Source of the DNA: Lama glama
Taxonomy: Eukaryota
Reading direction: 5' to 3'
Assembly: GCA_028534125.1 (NCBI GenBank)
Contig: CM052828.1
Span: 59,706,001 to 59,770,000, forward strand
Length of the DNA stretch: 64,000 nt
The position numbers were made by a program, and so were the translations under genes. This document shows, in pieces, positions 63,976 to 64,000 of this stretch; the first letter of the stretch is position 1, and the number at the start of each line of letters is the position of its first letter. The notes under the pieces are model-generated. The model searched no databases and was not told where the DNA came from. It saw only the letters and a program-made list of their open reading frames with translations.

Positions 63976-64000
63976 TGCCGCAGCTGTCATAAACGGGCAG

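Overview
Mammalian genomic DNA, most likely a camelid (camel/alpaca/vicuna type), inferred from seven copies of a short tRNA-derived SINE of the camelid Vic-1 type. The + strand carries the 3' part of COL4A2 (collagen IV alpha-2). I traced 38 coding exons from 1238 to 52902, corresponding to human exons 11-48 (numbering recalled). All are GT-AG flanked and phase-compatible, and they sum to 4491 nt (1496 aa plus stop). They are followed by a CpG-rich 3' UTR with miR-29 and let-7 seed sites and an AATAAA at 53651. The - strand carries the last exon of RAB20 (CDS 59364-59896), convergent with COL4A2; its first exon lies beyond the window. Introns hold L1, L2, MIR, MaLR LTR, MER and SINE remnants, two minisatellites and a 176-bp assembly gap. 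I found no evidence of a new gene, CRISPR-like array or undescribed system, and the many long ORFs in the track are explained by GC content or collagen alternative frames. The points most worth a second look are: a terminal exon with 100% GC3 plus AT-to-GC amino-acid changes in the NC1 domain; a 93-bp higher-order minisatellite; a tandem GC-box/CAGA-box repeat; inverted L1 3' ends around the gap; and several splice-site oddities. All comparisons with human sequence are from memory and need an alignment.
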